This document shows positions 1 through 9,099 of a stretch of 64,000 bases of DNA, one piece after another. The stretch comes from a virus (Duplodnaviria; Caudoviricetes): the IMG/VR virus record IMGVR_UViG_3300013121_000005, positions 256,001 through 320,000 of that record. One strand, written 5' to 3'. A model generated the notes under the pieces. It did not search any database and had not been told where the DNA came from. It saw only the letters and a list, made by a program, of their open reading frames with translations. Position numbers and translations under genes: made by a program. Each line of letters begins with the position of its first letter. Position 1 is the first letter of the stretch.

Positions 1-3
1 CTT

Positions 4-603
4 GTGGAGGTAGTGTACGACGCCAATGAACGTCCACTCTTCTCTGGGCCTTTTGGTCGAGCCAAGACCGTTACGGTGCTCTTGGCGATAATGACCTACG
101 AGTCCTCTTTCCGAAAGGATGTCGACGAGGGGCACGGGAAGTTTGCAAAGGGAGATGGGGGGCGAAGCTGGTGTATGCTTCAAGTGAACCTAGGGCAGGA
201 AAATGCCACTGGGAAAACCCCTAACCGTATTGTTACCTTACCCACGGGAGGGTTTCGGTTCACAACCGACCCTACCCTCGGTTGGGGGGGAGAAGACCTA
301 GTAGCCGATCGTAGAAAGTGCATCCGAGCTGGGCTCGCCATTGTCCGAAACTCGTTTAACGCATGTGGCCCAACAACTGAGTTGAAGAACAAGCTGAAGG
401 TCTATGCCTCTGGCAAGTGCACGGAAGGGGAGAAGGAGAGTCAAACCCGTATGGGATTGGCACTCCTTTGGCAAGGACGACTTCCAACCAACACGGATGC
501 CGAGGTGCTACGGGAGCTTACCGCTCCTACTACGCCAACTGCCCCTACGACAACCGCAAATGACCACGGTGGAAACCCCCTACGGTCGAACGGGTCTCCC
601 TAG
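4..603 (+). CDS. lysozyme-like/SLT-type transglycosylase (5'-partial)
   Basis: AIMTYESSF (catalytic E-S) and SWCMLQVN resemble SLT motifs; ORF runs in from the window edge. Confidence 0.5.
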   Translation: MEVVYDANERPLFSGPFGRAKTVTVLLAIMTYESSFRKDVDEGHGKFAKGDGGRSWCMLQVNLGQENATGKTPNRIVTLPTGGFRFTTDPTLGWGGEDLVADRRKCIRAGLAIVRNSFNACGPTTELKNKLKVYASGKCTEGEKESQTRMGLALLWQGRLPTNTDAEVLRELTAPTTPTAPTTTANDHGGNPLRSNGSP

Positions 604-638
604 GGCCCCGAATCTTTTTATCGAATAGGGGTTTACAA

Positions 639-1025
639 ATGCATCTTTCTGACCAAGACCTCCTTGATCTCAAGTCTCGTGTTATTTCTGCTTTGGGGAC
701 TGGTGCGAATGTAGGTCGAGCAAATGACTACCTTCTCGCCCTCATCACAGAAGTTCTTGAGCATCGCGCAAATTGCGCCCCTGCTACACGGAAGTCTGCT
801 TCTTACGTGTTGAAGGTTGGGGAGATGCAGGTCAGGCGAGTAGCACCTCAGGAGGAGGAGGAGAAAACTCCTCCTCCTGAGGATCCTCCTCAGGAGGGTT
901 CTTACCTCCACAATGAGGACTCTTACGTCCATCAGGAGGGGCCTCCTGAGGTTTCCCCTGAGGTTTCCCCTGAGGTTCCTCCTGATGGACGTAAGGGTTT
1001 CAAGTCCAGAGGCAAGAAGAAGTAG
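639..1025 (+). CDS. hypothetical protein with P/E-rich tail
   Basis: ATG, PEVS repeats, T-rich element upstream. Confidence 0.6.
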   Translation: MHLSDQDLLDLKSRVISALGTGANVGRANDYLLALITEVLEHRANCAPATRKSASYVLKVGEMQVRRVAPQEEEEKTPPPEDPPQEGSYLHNEDSYVHQEGPPEVSPEVSPEVPPDGRKGFKSRGKKK

Positions 1026-1028
1026 TCG

Positions 1029-1892
1029 TCAGCTCATTCGACGAAGAGCCTCTGCCAAAAAAGCTTGCCTTGTCTTTGGCCCAACTACACCATCCTGTTC
1101 CAACCCATGACGCTGTTGGAACAGGATGATGGCAGCCCTTGTTTTGGGGCCCATCACACCATCTGCCCCTGAGCTACCAAGGTCATACCCTTCAGCAATC
1201 AACTCTTGCTGGTACTCCAGTAAAGTCGAGAAGTTCGCCAAAGTAGGGAGAACTTGTACTTGAACGGGTTCTCCGTTCAACGCAGCGACAACATCCTCGT
1301 AACTTCTGGAACTCATGAACTTATTGAAGGAAGCTAGCATTCCGTTTGCGTAGGCTCCGGCATCCGCCGTAAAGTAGCCTTTGGCTTTGAGTGCCCGTGC
1401 AAACGCTCGGCAGTCTCCTTCCAACACGGCTGGCCATGCTGTGTTGAACCTTCGTTTGGCCAAAAGGATTAGGTGATCCTCCATGGCCGAAGTAAGGTCG
1501 GGGAACCTTCGGAACCTCGTAGCGGGGTGCGGAGGGTTGAACAGAACCGAAACACGGTTAGGCCCAACGGCCTTTGCGTGACTTTGGCTTGGGTCAGGGC
1601 GAGCTTGACCGCTAGCAATGAGCTTCTCTGCTACCTCAGGGCTAAAACCCTCCCAAACGTCAGTTAGACAGTGGTAGTCGTACCCATCCCCCTCTACTTT
1701 TTTCACATTACCGAGATTCCACCCAAAACAGTTGTTACCTCCGGTCTCAATAGAAAACTGAGACCAAAGAACTCCTACTGCCTCTTTGCTGGGGATCCCT
1801 TCTCCTACCCGAGGCCACGCTCGAACCACAGCTTCTGTGTAAATCGGAAGCGTAATAGGGGTACGCACCGTGGGGACAAGTTGATTGGACAT
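1029..1892 (-). CDS. endolysin: glucosaminidase/FlgJ-like catalytic domain + C-terminal PG_binding_1 domain
   Basis: Q..IETG, WNLGNVK, GYFTA..Y; C-terminal DGVMGPKTRAAI..FQQRHGLEQDGVVGPKT; AGGAG SD. Confidence 0.8.
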   Translation of the reverse strand: MSNQLVPTVRTPITLPIYTEAVVRAWPRVGEGIPSKEAVGVLWSQFSIETGGNNCFGWNLGNVKKVEGDGYDYHCLTDVWEGFSPEVAEKLIASGQARPDPSQSHAKAVGPNRVSVLFNPPHPATRFRRFPDLTSAMEDHLILLAKRRFNTAWPAVLEGDCRAFARALKAKGYFTADAGAYANGMLASFNKFMSSRSYEDVVAALNGEPVQVQVLPTLANFSTLLEYQQELIAEGYDLGSSGADGVMGPKTRAAIILFQQRHGLEQDGVVGPKTRQAFLAEALRRMS

Positions 1893-1944
1893 GCTCGCTC
1901 CTTCCTTCTCTCAGAAAAGAAACAGAGCTTTAGCGAAGCTAACT

Positions 1945-2274
1945 CTAGAGGACCTGCTCTGAGAGGACCTGCTCAGCGTCGAGGGTCTCCTCTTCGAGGT
2001 TCCGAGCACGAGCCTGATCCCGGCGTGATTCGAGCCACGTCCGGTCGGTCATCTCCCGGAGAACGTCACTCAGGCTGGCGGAGTAGCCCGTGGGGCAGCT
2101 TGGGTCATGCTCGGCCCGAGGGGTCCGGAAGGCAAGGCAAGGATCCGACGGATCCCGCTTGATAGAGTAGACCCCCAGCTTCTGCTTGCTACTAGCGTAG
2201 GGCCCCTGGTAGCGCATGAGGTACCCCCCACGGAGGAGGTAGACCTTCCCGACCTTGAGTTCTTCCAATTTCAT
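1945..2274 (-). CDS. hypothetical protein
   Basis: 4-nt overlap with upstream gene. Confidence 0.6.
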   Translation of the reverse strand: MKLEELKVGKVYLLRGGYLMRYQGPYASSKQKLGVYSIKRDPSDPCLAFRTPRAEHDPSCPTGYSASLSDVLREMTDRTWLESRRDQARARNLEEETLDAEQVLSEQVL

Positions 2275-2960
2275 ACCGATGCCGCTTTCCGCCTTGATTG
2301 AAGGACCCCCTCAATCAAGCGATATCTTTCTCGCCCCTTCTTTAGGATTTCATCTGGGTGACGTGGGGCAGTAGGTGACTTGAGCCAGTCCTCAACTGTG
2401 AGGGGGATGTCCCCCTCCCCAAGATAGAGGTAGTGGGGCTTCAATGTGACTAGAGGCTGTACCAGAGACTTGCTGTGGGTAACCACAATGGCAGCTAACG
2501 TAGAGGTGGGGGGGTCTTGAAGAAATTCTTGAAGGGCAACCCCTACTCCAGCCGCTCCATTGTCAGACAGCCCGAGGTCAGGCTCATCCCAGAAAATCAC
2601 ATGGGCAGTCGTCCTACTACGACATGTACGGATGCCTGTTGTAACAACAGAGGCCGAGTTATACCCTGTAGAGTCATGCATCTCATCCCCATAAACCATG
2701 GCAAGCCAGGGCTTATGGGCGATACTTCGACGACCCTCCATGGAAAGGCCCATGCACTCCACCTCGGCCTTTTGGCACAGACTTTGGGTAATACGTCGAA
2801 AGAAGCTTTTCCCGGAAGCATTCTCCCCGAGGACTACAAGGAGCTTACCCTCTCCGGGTTGGAAAAATGCTGGGATTGGAGTCTTCCCTTCCTTGTTGGG
2901 GTGGAAGTACTCCAATCCCAAAGCCTCTTCCACAAGACTTCTTGGGTCATGAAAAGCCAT
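2271..2960 (-). CDS. ABC-type P-loop ATPase
   Basis: GENASGKS Walker A, IFWDEPD Walker B, VVTHS H-loop. Confidence 0.75.
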   Translation of the reverse strand: MAFHDPRSLVEEALGLEYFHPNKEGKTPIPAFFQPGEGKLLVVLGENASGKSFFRRITQSLCQKAEVECMGLSMEGRRSIAHKPWLAMVYGDEMHDSTGYNSASVVTTGIRTCRSRTTAHVIFWDEPDLGLSDNGAAGVGVALQEFLQDPPTSTLAAIVVTHSKSLVQPLVTLKPHYLYLGEGDIPLTVEDWLKSPTAPRHPDEILKKGRERYRLIEGVLQSRRKAASV

Positions 2961-2961
2961 T

Positions 2962-3192
2962 TCAGTCTTCCTGGAAATTCTTTTCTAGCACTACGCGGTA
3001 GGTAAAGTACCCGAGTTTCCGAGAGGGCCGCAGGTAGGTAAGCGTAAGACCCTCTCTTCGCAAGCAATTGGAAAAGTCGTGGTACTCCCGCTCATCCCCG
3101 TATTCCTCGATGGAAACCAAAGTACCTACCTTGGGGGCGGTGGGCTTTAGGGCTTCTTGCCAGTTACCCGTGTAGATTCCTACCCTAATCAT
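2962..3192 (-). CDS. hypothetical protein
   Basis: coupled within operon. Confidence 0.55.
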   Translation of the reverse strand: MIRVGIYTGNWQEALKPTAPKVGTLVSIEEYGDEREYHDFSNCLRREGLTLTYLRPSRKLGYFTYRVVLEKNFQED

Positions 3193-3878
3193 CGGCGGGC
3201 TCGGCTTGGCTTGAGAGAGGGGGCCTGTGCCTTCTTCTGCATTGCAGAATCAATGTCCCGATCCTTTTGCAATGCCTCCTGCACAACATCCCGATCGATG
3301 GCTGCGTGAGCCATCCGATCTTCGTGACTTGGGATCACGAAAGGCGTGTTCTCCTCCTTGAGGCGTCGAACGCGCTCGATCTCATCGGGGGAGTGAATCG
3401 TCCCCCCCGAGTTAAGGTCGATGTACCACTGGAGGACCTCTTGACGAGTCGCGAGGTCGTTGACATTCCAGCGAAACCTAGCCGTAAGGATGTGGGGGAT
3501 ATCCGTGTAATCCCGCCGATAGTTCCCTCCGAAGATGGGGAACTCGTTGTTCATGAACCCGAGCACGGCATCGAGGCGCTGCTTGCCGTCCACGAGGACG
3601 TAGTAGCCCTCCTCGCCGTACTGGGTCCCGACCCGGCCAAACTTGTGGCCAGGGCAGTTAAGATAGAGGTCCTTGCCGGTCATCCCGCCCCGGAGGATGA
3701 ACTCGATGTAACGGACCTTCTGTTCCAGGGTCCACACGTAGGTCCGCTGGAAGTCGGGGTTCACGTCAAGGCCGTACTCCACCACCTCTCTAGCGTAGTG
3801 CGTGGCAAGGAAGTACCATGAGATATCTACTGAATACCCAGGGTTCTTGGTGAATTGGGGGATATCCGTGAATTTCAT
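3189..3878 (-). CDS. DUF262 (ParB/Srx-fold, GmrS-like) protein
   Basis: PDFQRTYVW and VLVDGKQRL signatures; IDLNSGG. Confidence 0.8.
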   Translation of the reverse strand: MKFTDIPQFTKNPGYSVDISWYFLATHYAREVVEYGLDVNPDFQRTYVWTLEQKVRYIEFILRGGMTGKDLYLNCPGHKFGRVGTQYGEEGYYVLVDGKQRLDAVLGFMNNEFPIFGGNYRRDYTDIPHILTARFRWNVNDLATRQEVLQWYIDLNSGGTIHSPDEIERVRRLKEENTPFVIPSHEDRMAHAAIDRDVVQEALQKDRDIDSAMQKKAQAPSLKPSRARR

Positions 3879-3884
3879 GCCTAC

Positions 3885-6209
3885 TTAACGTAGCCCTACC
3901 GGACTACTCAACGAACTTTTTTCCTCTGGTGGCTTGCCTATCTGTCGACGATACTTGCAGCACATAAGGTAAGCCAAGCCCCACTCTTTCTCAGTTAGAC
4001 CTACCTTTGAGGCAAGGTAGGCAAACCGGTGCCCGATATTCGCATCTGAAGCGGAAAATCCTGCGTCATTTTTAAATGCTGCACGATCTGGATCGAGTTG
4101 AGCCAGAACTTGCAGGCTAGTCAGAGCCCACTGCTCTAGGGACGTCTGAGCGAAGCGTCGAGGATCCGAGGTTTCCTTTGCTTCCCTGGTCCAGCGATCG
4201 AAACGAATTTGACGTCGTTGTTGTTCACGGTCCTTCTCTCGCTCATGGGCTGCCGTTTCGGCTGCTGCTTGAGCTGCCGCCTCTTTTTCTCTTTCATCCT
4301 CGGCTGCTTGACTGATAGCTGCCAAGTCTTCTGCACTGATGCCCTTCCGAGCTTCCGGAGAAGAAGTGCGAGAAGAAGCTTCGATAGAATCCTTGATGAC
4401 AGCTCGCTTTTGGGTGAGTATCCCATGCACAAGTCGTTCAAGAGGGTTATCTGCAACGAGGGTGGTAATCAGTACCCCTCGGGTAGATCCAATTCGTAAG
4501 ATACGATCTTCTGCTTGAGCGTTGAGTGCGGGGGTCCAGTCTAGATCGACGAAGATTGCGTTTGAGGCATGCGTCAGCGTAAGAGCTACTCCTGCCGCTT
4601 TGATTGTACCTGCAACCCCCTTCAGCTTGCCGCTCTGGAAAAGAGTCTGGATTCGGACGCGATCTTCAGGGGAAGTATCTCCTGTGATGACCTCCCATCC
4701 CTCACGGCCAATGAACTTGTCAATAGGGGCCCGATGTGCGGAAAACACCACAAGAGGCTCGTTTTGCTCCTCGTAGCTTTGCACAAGCTCCAGAAGTGCA
4801 GGGATTTTTACCGTAGCTAGGGCTGCCCTGGCCTTGGCGATTTCTCTAAAGCAGGTCCCATTGACCTGCTTTAGAAATTGCTCTGCGTCTACAACCGTAG
4901 GGCCAAATTTAGCCAGGAGTTCTCCTTCGGATGATGCAAGGTCCGCTTTCAGTACATCTGAGGGGAGAGGGTCTTCGTTTACACGAGAGTACCGAGTGTA
5001 CCCCTTCAGCAGCTCTCCGAACTTGTCGTATGCCTTTTTGACACAATCCTGTTTCAGAGAGACGGACACAACAACATCCCGATAGATTTTCGTCGGGAGG
5101 TCAGGAAGTACGTCCACTTTCATCCGACGAAGGGAGACACGTTGGAGTAGTTCTGGGACTTCCGGTTGTGGGTGCCCCCACTCATAACCCCATGGCCCTA
5201 CTTGGGCGTTAAAGAGCTGAGTGAAGTGATCCCAGGACCCAAACGCTTCTTTGGCAAGCCCGGCTGCTTGGAGCACACTCCACAACTCTGGAGGACGGTT
5301 CATCAACGGAGTTGCAGTCAGTAACCAAACCTTACCGTCTCCTTTCTGAACAGCTCCCGAAAGGAGACGGAAGTTTCGCCCTCGAATGGTTTTTGAAGAC
5401 TTGAGGGCATGAGCCTCATCGGCGATAAGGACAGTATTTCCCAAAGGGTTGCTGCTAAGAAGGGACGGGAGAATGTCATAGTTTAGAATGAGCAACTCTC
5501 CCGGATTAGGCCAGCGAAAGGAATTCCGACCGTAGAGAACTGTCACCTTGAGATCCGGTCGCCACTTCTTGGCCTCGGATTCCCATACATTCTTTGCAAC
5601 AGCAGGGCCAACTACAAGAATGGGGTCTCCCTCAGGGATAGCTAGGAGAGCTTGCATGGTTTTGCCAAGCCCCATGTCATCCGCTAGGAGTGCTCCCGAA
5701 CGAGACGCAAGCCACCTAACCCCAACCTTTTGGAATGGGAAGAGTTGAAGACCCCGCTTTTGGAGTTCGTTGTCTACCTTGTCTGCCCTAACTGCTGCCT
5801 GATTGATCTTAGTACACACCTCCCCCTCTTTGGCTTGAAAGTTGAGGGCCAACTCTGGAGGAAGGTCTAAGGTAAACCCTGCATCATGAAGCTTCTTCGT
5901 GATTTCGAGGGACCTCGTGATGGGGGCTACCTGAGCTTTGAGTCTCCCATCGTACCGTGCCCCACTCGTAGCTTGCCGGTACTTTGAAAAGAGGCTCTCG
6001 CCAAGAAAGTCCACGGGCTTGAAGATGACCAGAGGTCCGTCTTGCCGCACAGAGATTAGAGGCTTCTTGTCTTTGGGTACCCCTGCACATGTCTTGCACT
6101 TCACGATCCAGCGGGACCCAACTGACGGAGGCTCAGCGACCCCTTCGTTAGCTGGAACATTTGCGTGGCAGACTGAACACGTACTAGAGTAAAAGTTAGG
6201 GCGAATCAT
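3885..6209 (-). CDS. SNF2-family helicase with N-terminal Zn finger
   Basis: LADDMGLGKT, DEAH, LTATP, QAEDRILRIG; CxxC..CxxC at N-terminus. Confidence 0.92.
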   Translation of the reverse strand: MIRPNFYSSTCSVCHANVPANEGVAEPPSVGSRWIVKCKTCAGVPKDKKPLISVRQDGPLVIFKPVDFLGESLFSKYRQATSGARYDGRLKAQVAPITRSLEITKKLHDAGFTLDLPPELALNFQAKEGEVCTKINQAAVRADKVDNELQKRGLQLFPFQKVGVRWLASRSGALLADDMGLGKTMQALLAIPEGDPILVVGPAVAKNVWESEAKKWRPDLKVTVLYGRNSFRWPNPGELLILNYDILPSLLSSNPLGNTVLIADEAHALKSSKTIRGRNFRLLSGAVQKGDGKVWLLTATPLMNRPPELWSVLQAAGLAKEAFGSWDHFTQLFNAQVGPWGYEWGHPQPEVPELLQRVSLRRMKVDVLPDLPTKIYRDVVVSVSLKQDCVKKAYDKFGELLKGYTRYSRVNEDPLPSDVLKADLASSEGELLAKFGPTVVDAEQFLKQVNGTCFREIAKARAALATVKIPALLELVQSYEEQNEPLVVFSAHRAPIDKFIGREGWEVITGDTSPEDRVRIQTLFQSGKLKGVAGTIKAAGVALTLTHASNAIFVDLDWTPALNAQAEDRILRIGSTRGVLITTLVADNPLERLVHGILTQKRAVIKDSIEASSRTSSPEARKGISAEDLAAISQAAEDEREKEAAAQAAAETAAHEREKDREQQRRQIRFDRWTREAKETSDPRRFAQTSLEQWALTSLQVLAQLDPDRAAFKNDAGFSASDANIGHRFAYLASKVGLTEKEWGLAYLMCCKYRRQIGKPPEEKSSLSSPVGLR

Positions 6210-6217
6210 AACGCTCT

Positions 6218-6649
6218 TTAGAAGTCATCGAAGATTGACGCCTTAGCATCCTTTCTACGGGCTAACTCGTGGGTGATAGCTAGCTTAGCCTGGGCCCAAT
6301 CTTGGGCATGAAGGATGCGGAGAGACCCAAAGGTTGGGTATCCGTTGACAAACCTACTCCCCATCCGGGAGCTTAGGTACTCCCATATTACACCAATCTG
6401 TTGTAAATGTCGGCTCTCCCAGCCGGAAAAACAGCCTAGTGCGAGGGGTAGGAAAACCATCGTGAGGAGGTTCTCCGGGACTGCGCTAGAGACAAGGATC
6501 TTACCGTCACAGTAGTCAAATACAAACTGTGCCAAATCCTCCTTAGGCATAAGAGGGACAGGCCCCAGGTTCTGACATGTTAGGAGGTCTTCTCGGGTCT
6601 CTTCCAGGTCTTCCCGGGTTTCTTCCAGCAAATCCTTTAGATCCCCCAC
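6218..6649 (-). CDS. hypothetical protein
   Basis: operon packing. Confidence 0.65.
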   Translation of the reverse strand: MGDLKDLLEETREDLEETREDLLTCQNLGPVPLMPKEDLAQFVFDYCDGKILVSSAVPENLLTMVFLPLALGCFSGWESRHLQQIGVIWEYLSSRMGSRFVNGYPTFGSLRILHAQDWAQAKLAITHELARRKDAKASIFDDF

Positions 6650-6652
6650 TGT

Positions 6653-6928
6653 TCAATTCATCCTAAGACGAGCTGCTTGGGTTGTCTTCTGGATGTCTTC
6701 CTCCAGAAGTCGCAGTTGAGCTTGGGTAGGCGCTACCCCATCTACCAGAATTTTGAATGCTTCCGGAGAGATGACCTCTACCTCTAGCCTGTAGGGCTGA
6801 ACCCCCCAGAGGCTAGCAAGTCGCTTTCGTACGGCATTTTCTACCATCAAGAGATTCATGTGTGTACCTTTTTCACTTGCGATGAACGTATCGCCATGGG
6901 CTAAACGTACGAAATCTATCCGCGTCAA
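6653..6928 (-). CDS. hypothetical protein
   Basis: operon packing. Confidence 0.55.
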   Translation of the reverse strand: MTRIDFVRLAHGDTFIASEKGTHMNLLMVENAVRKRLASLWGVQPYRLEVEVISPEAFKILVDGVAPTQAQLRLLEEDIQKTTQAARLRMN

Positions 6929-7152
6929 CCCCCGCAGGAGCAGTTAAATGGGCTACCTCCACTGTACCCATTCAAAACGCAACAATTTCGCTTAATTTGA
7001 GAGCAAGTCCTTCGACAGACCTCATCTCTACACCTTACCTTACAGTCTGTACAAGATGCGTAGCACATCCTTCGCTCTCCCTTTCCGAGAGAAGGTCCGG
7101 CCACAGCAACGAAAAGCAAGGTGAGTAGAACTGAAACGATGAACTTCTTCAT
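6925..7152 (-). CDS. secreted Cys-rich small protein
   Basis: signal peptide MKKFIVSVLLTLLFVAVAG; 10 Cys in mature part. Confidence 0.65.
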   Translation of the reverse strand: MKKFIVSVLLTLLFVAVAGPSLGKGERRMCYASCTDCKVRCRDEVCRRTCSQIKRNCCVLNGYSGGSPFNCSCGG

Positions 7153-7514
7153 GGGTTGCGCTTCCACTTCTGACCCGGGATAGGTTGACGGGGCGGCGGG
7201 GAAGGGGGGTCAAGAGGTGGGATCGGGGGTACAGGTTTCGGGGGCTTGGGAAGCTTCGGGGGCTTGGGGGGTTTCGGGGGCTTGGGAAGCTTCGGAGGAG
7301 CTGGGAGCGTATCCTTGCCCGGATCGGAGGGTCGGTGGGGTTTCCCCTTCGGTTGTCGCTCTGGAGCTTGAGGCAGCCTCTCGTAGTTGCTCGGGTTCTT
7401 CCGGATTGCCTCTGGAGTCTTCCATTGTATGTTACCTGTGTCTCTATTCTTGACCTTCAGGCGCTTTTGGGATTCGATGAAACGACTGACAACACGTGCG
7501 ATTAGAGGGTCCAC
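7149..7514 (-). CDS. Pro/Lys-rich protein with RVVSRF leader (possible virion cargo)
   Basis: MDPLIARVVSRF, PKP repeats. Confidence 0.6.
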   Translation of the reverse strand: MDPLIARVVSRFIESQKRLKVKNRDTGNIQWKTPEAIRKNPSNYERLPQAPERQPKGKPHRPSDPGKDTLPAPPKLPKPPKPPKPPKLPKPPKPVPPIPPLDPPSPPPRQPIPGQKWKRNP

Positions 7515-7585
7515 TTAGGTGCTGGAACTTCAAAAGATCATGCATAGGTGATATTCCTCTTGTCCCCCTAAGAGAGTAGATACCC

Positions 7586-8140
7586 ATGGCAATGGTAGGG
7601 CTTAAGGTTCCGAAAGAGGTCGCCCGATTACTCTCAGGTATGAAAGTACCTGGGCAGAAAGAGACCTCAGACCAATATCATATCACAATCAGCTATCTGG
7701 GGGATGAAGTCCCTACCAAACAGCTTGGCAAAGCCATCGTTGCGCTACACGACGTAGCCCGAAAAGTAACACCTTTCACGGTGAGCGTCTCTACTTTGGT
7801 TGCTTTTCCTGAAGGGTCCGATGGGTACCCTATCGTGGGGTTGGTCGAATCCCCTGAGTTACACCAGCTAGAAAAAGCTGTGAAGTCGGCCTTGGGTAAG
7901 GCTGGGGTAGACTACTCAAAGAAGTTTCCGGTATATCGGCCCCATGTAACTCTCGCGTACTCCCCAGAGTCAATCCAAAATCTGGATCTAGACAGACCGG
8001 TCAATTGGTCTGTCTACGACCTTGTACTTTGGGGAGGGGATTCTGGGGATGAAAGGCTCTGCACAACGTTCCCTTTCCCACTGACTCAAGAAAAAACTGC
8101 TATTTGGCGGAGACTTGTTCAAGCTGCTCTGCACAAGTAG
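7586..8140 (+). CDS. 2H phosphoesterase (ThpR/LigT/Acb1-like)
   Basis: two Hx[TS]x motifs: YHITI and PHVTL. Confidence 0.88.
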   Translation: MAMVGLKVPKEVARLLSGMKVPGQKETSDQYHITISYLGDEVPTKQLGKAIVALHDVARKVTPFTVSVSTLVAFPEGSDGYPIVGLVESPELHQLEKAVKSALGKAGVDYSKKFPVYRPHVTLAYSPESIQNLDLDRPVNWSVYDLVLWGGDSGDERLCTTFPFPLTQEKTAIWRRLVQAALHK

Positions 8141-8809
8141 TCACCCCAACCTATCGAATCTAGTCTGAGCCTTAGGATTGGCCCTCTTATCCTTGAGGTT
8201 CATGAGTCTCTGGGAATGTAGTTGGGATTCCTTACCTACCCGAAAACCGGCGTGGGTACGTTGGTAACCGAGTCTATGGGCCTCGGTATCCTCCCCCATG
8301 ATGGAAGGTTGAGGGGCGTCATGGGCTATTGTTGGGAGCAGTAAGTTCAAAGAAACCGCCCCCATCTGAGTGGAAAAAGGAGTGGTCTGGCCTTGGGTAA
8401 CCTCTACTGAATTGAATTGAAATTGTTGAGTAACCTCTGACTGGAATTGGAATTGAACCCCAGTTCCAGTCAGGTAGCGTAGTTGAAAGACGAGTGTTCG
8501 ACAACCATATCGACCCCCTGTCCCCCGATAGACAGATAGAGCTACACTCTGAACTATGAACTGCCGGACAACATTACTCCTCGAAGGTACCAAGTTAAGA
8601 GGCAAGACGAATCCCACTGCCTCAAGATCGTCTGAAAACTGTATAGTTTCCGTAGGCTCAACCGAGTAGTCCCAAGCTGGATCCGAAACTAGCAGCCTAA
8701 CCTGCCCAGACCCCTCGACCAACGGAGACCGGAGGCCCATTAAAACTACATGGGTCTGAAACCGCTCTGGGTTGCAAATCAATTGGTCTCGGTCTAGAAA
8801 CAGCAGCAT
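8141..8809 (-). CDS. hypothetical protein ending in TRFDRLG
   Basis: 222 aa, 1-nt overlap with upstream gene. Confidence 0.6.
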   Translation of the reverse strand: MLLFLDRDQLICNPERFQTHVVLMGLRSPLVEGSGQVRLLVSDPAWDYSVEPTETIQFSDDLEAVGFVLPLNLVPSRSNVVRQFIVQSVALSVYRGTGGRYGCRTLVFQLRYLTGTGVQFQFQSEVTQQFQFNSVEVTQGQTTPFSTQMGAVSLNLLLPTIAHDAPQPSIMGEDTEAHRLGYQRTHAGFRVGKESQLHSQRLMNLKDKRANPKAQTRFDRLG

Positions 8810-9099
8810 TACGTTCTACCGGGGGGTTTAAGTGGTCTATTCTGCTCCCAGGGGAACTCTTGCTTTGGTAGCTTGACTTGGATTACTGGAGGGGCCTGGT
8901 CCTTGTATGCCTGGTCAAGACGCAGCTCTCGGTATCTTTTCCTAGCCCAGTCTCGCTGAGCTGGAGTTAGACGAATGAATTGACCTCCCTCTAGAGAGGT
9001 CAACATATTGCGGAAAGCCCTTTCCTCATTAGCAGTCAGACTTTTTCTCCCTGCGTCGAGTAAAGCTCTTAGAAGAGTCAGATCAGTTGGTTCACTCAT
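8809..9099 (-). CDS. hypothetical protein (start MSEPTD)
   Basis: ATG at 9099 overlaps end of ATPase gene. Confidence 0.6.
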   Translation of the reverse strand: MSEPTDLTLLRALLDAGRKSLTANEERAFRNMLTSLEGGQFIRLTPAQRDWARKRYRELRLDQAYKDQAPPVIQVKLPKQEFPWEQNRPLKPPGRT

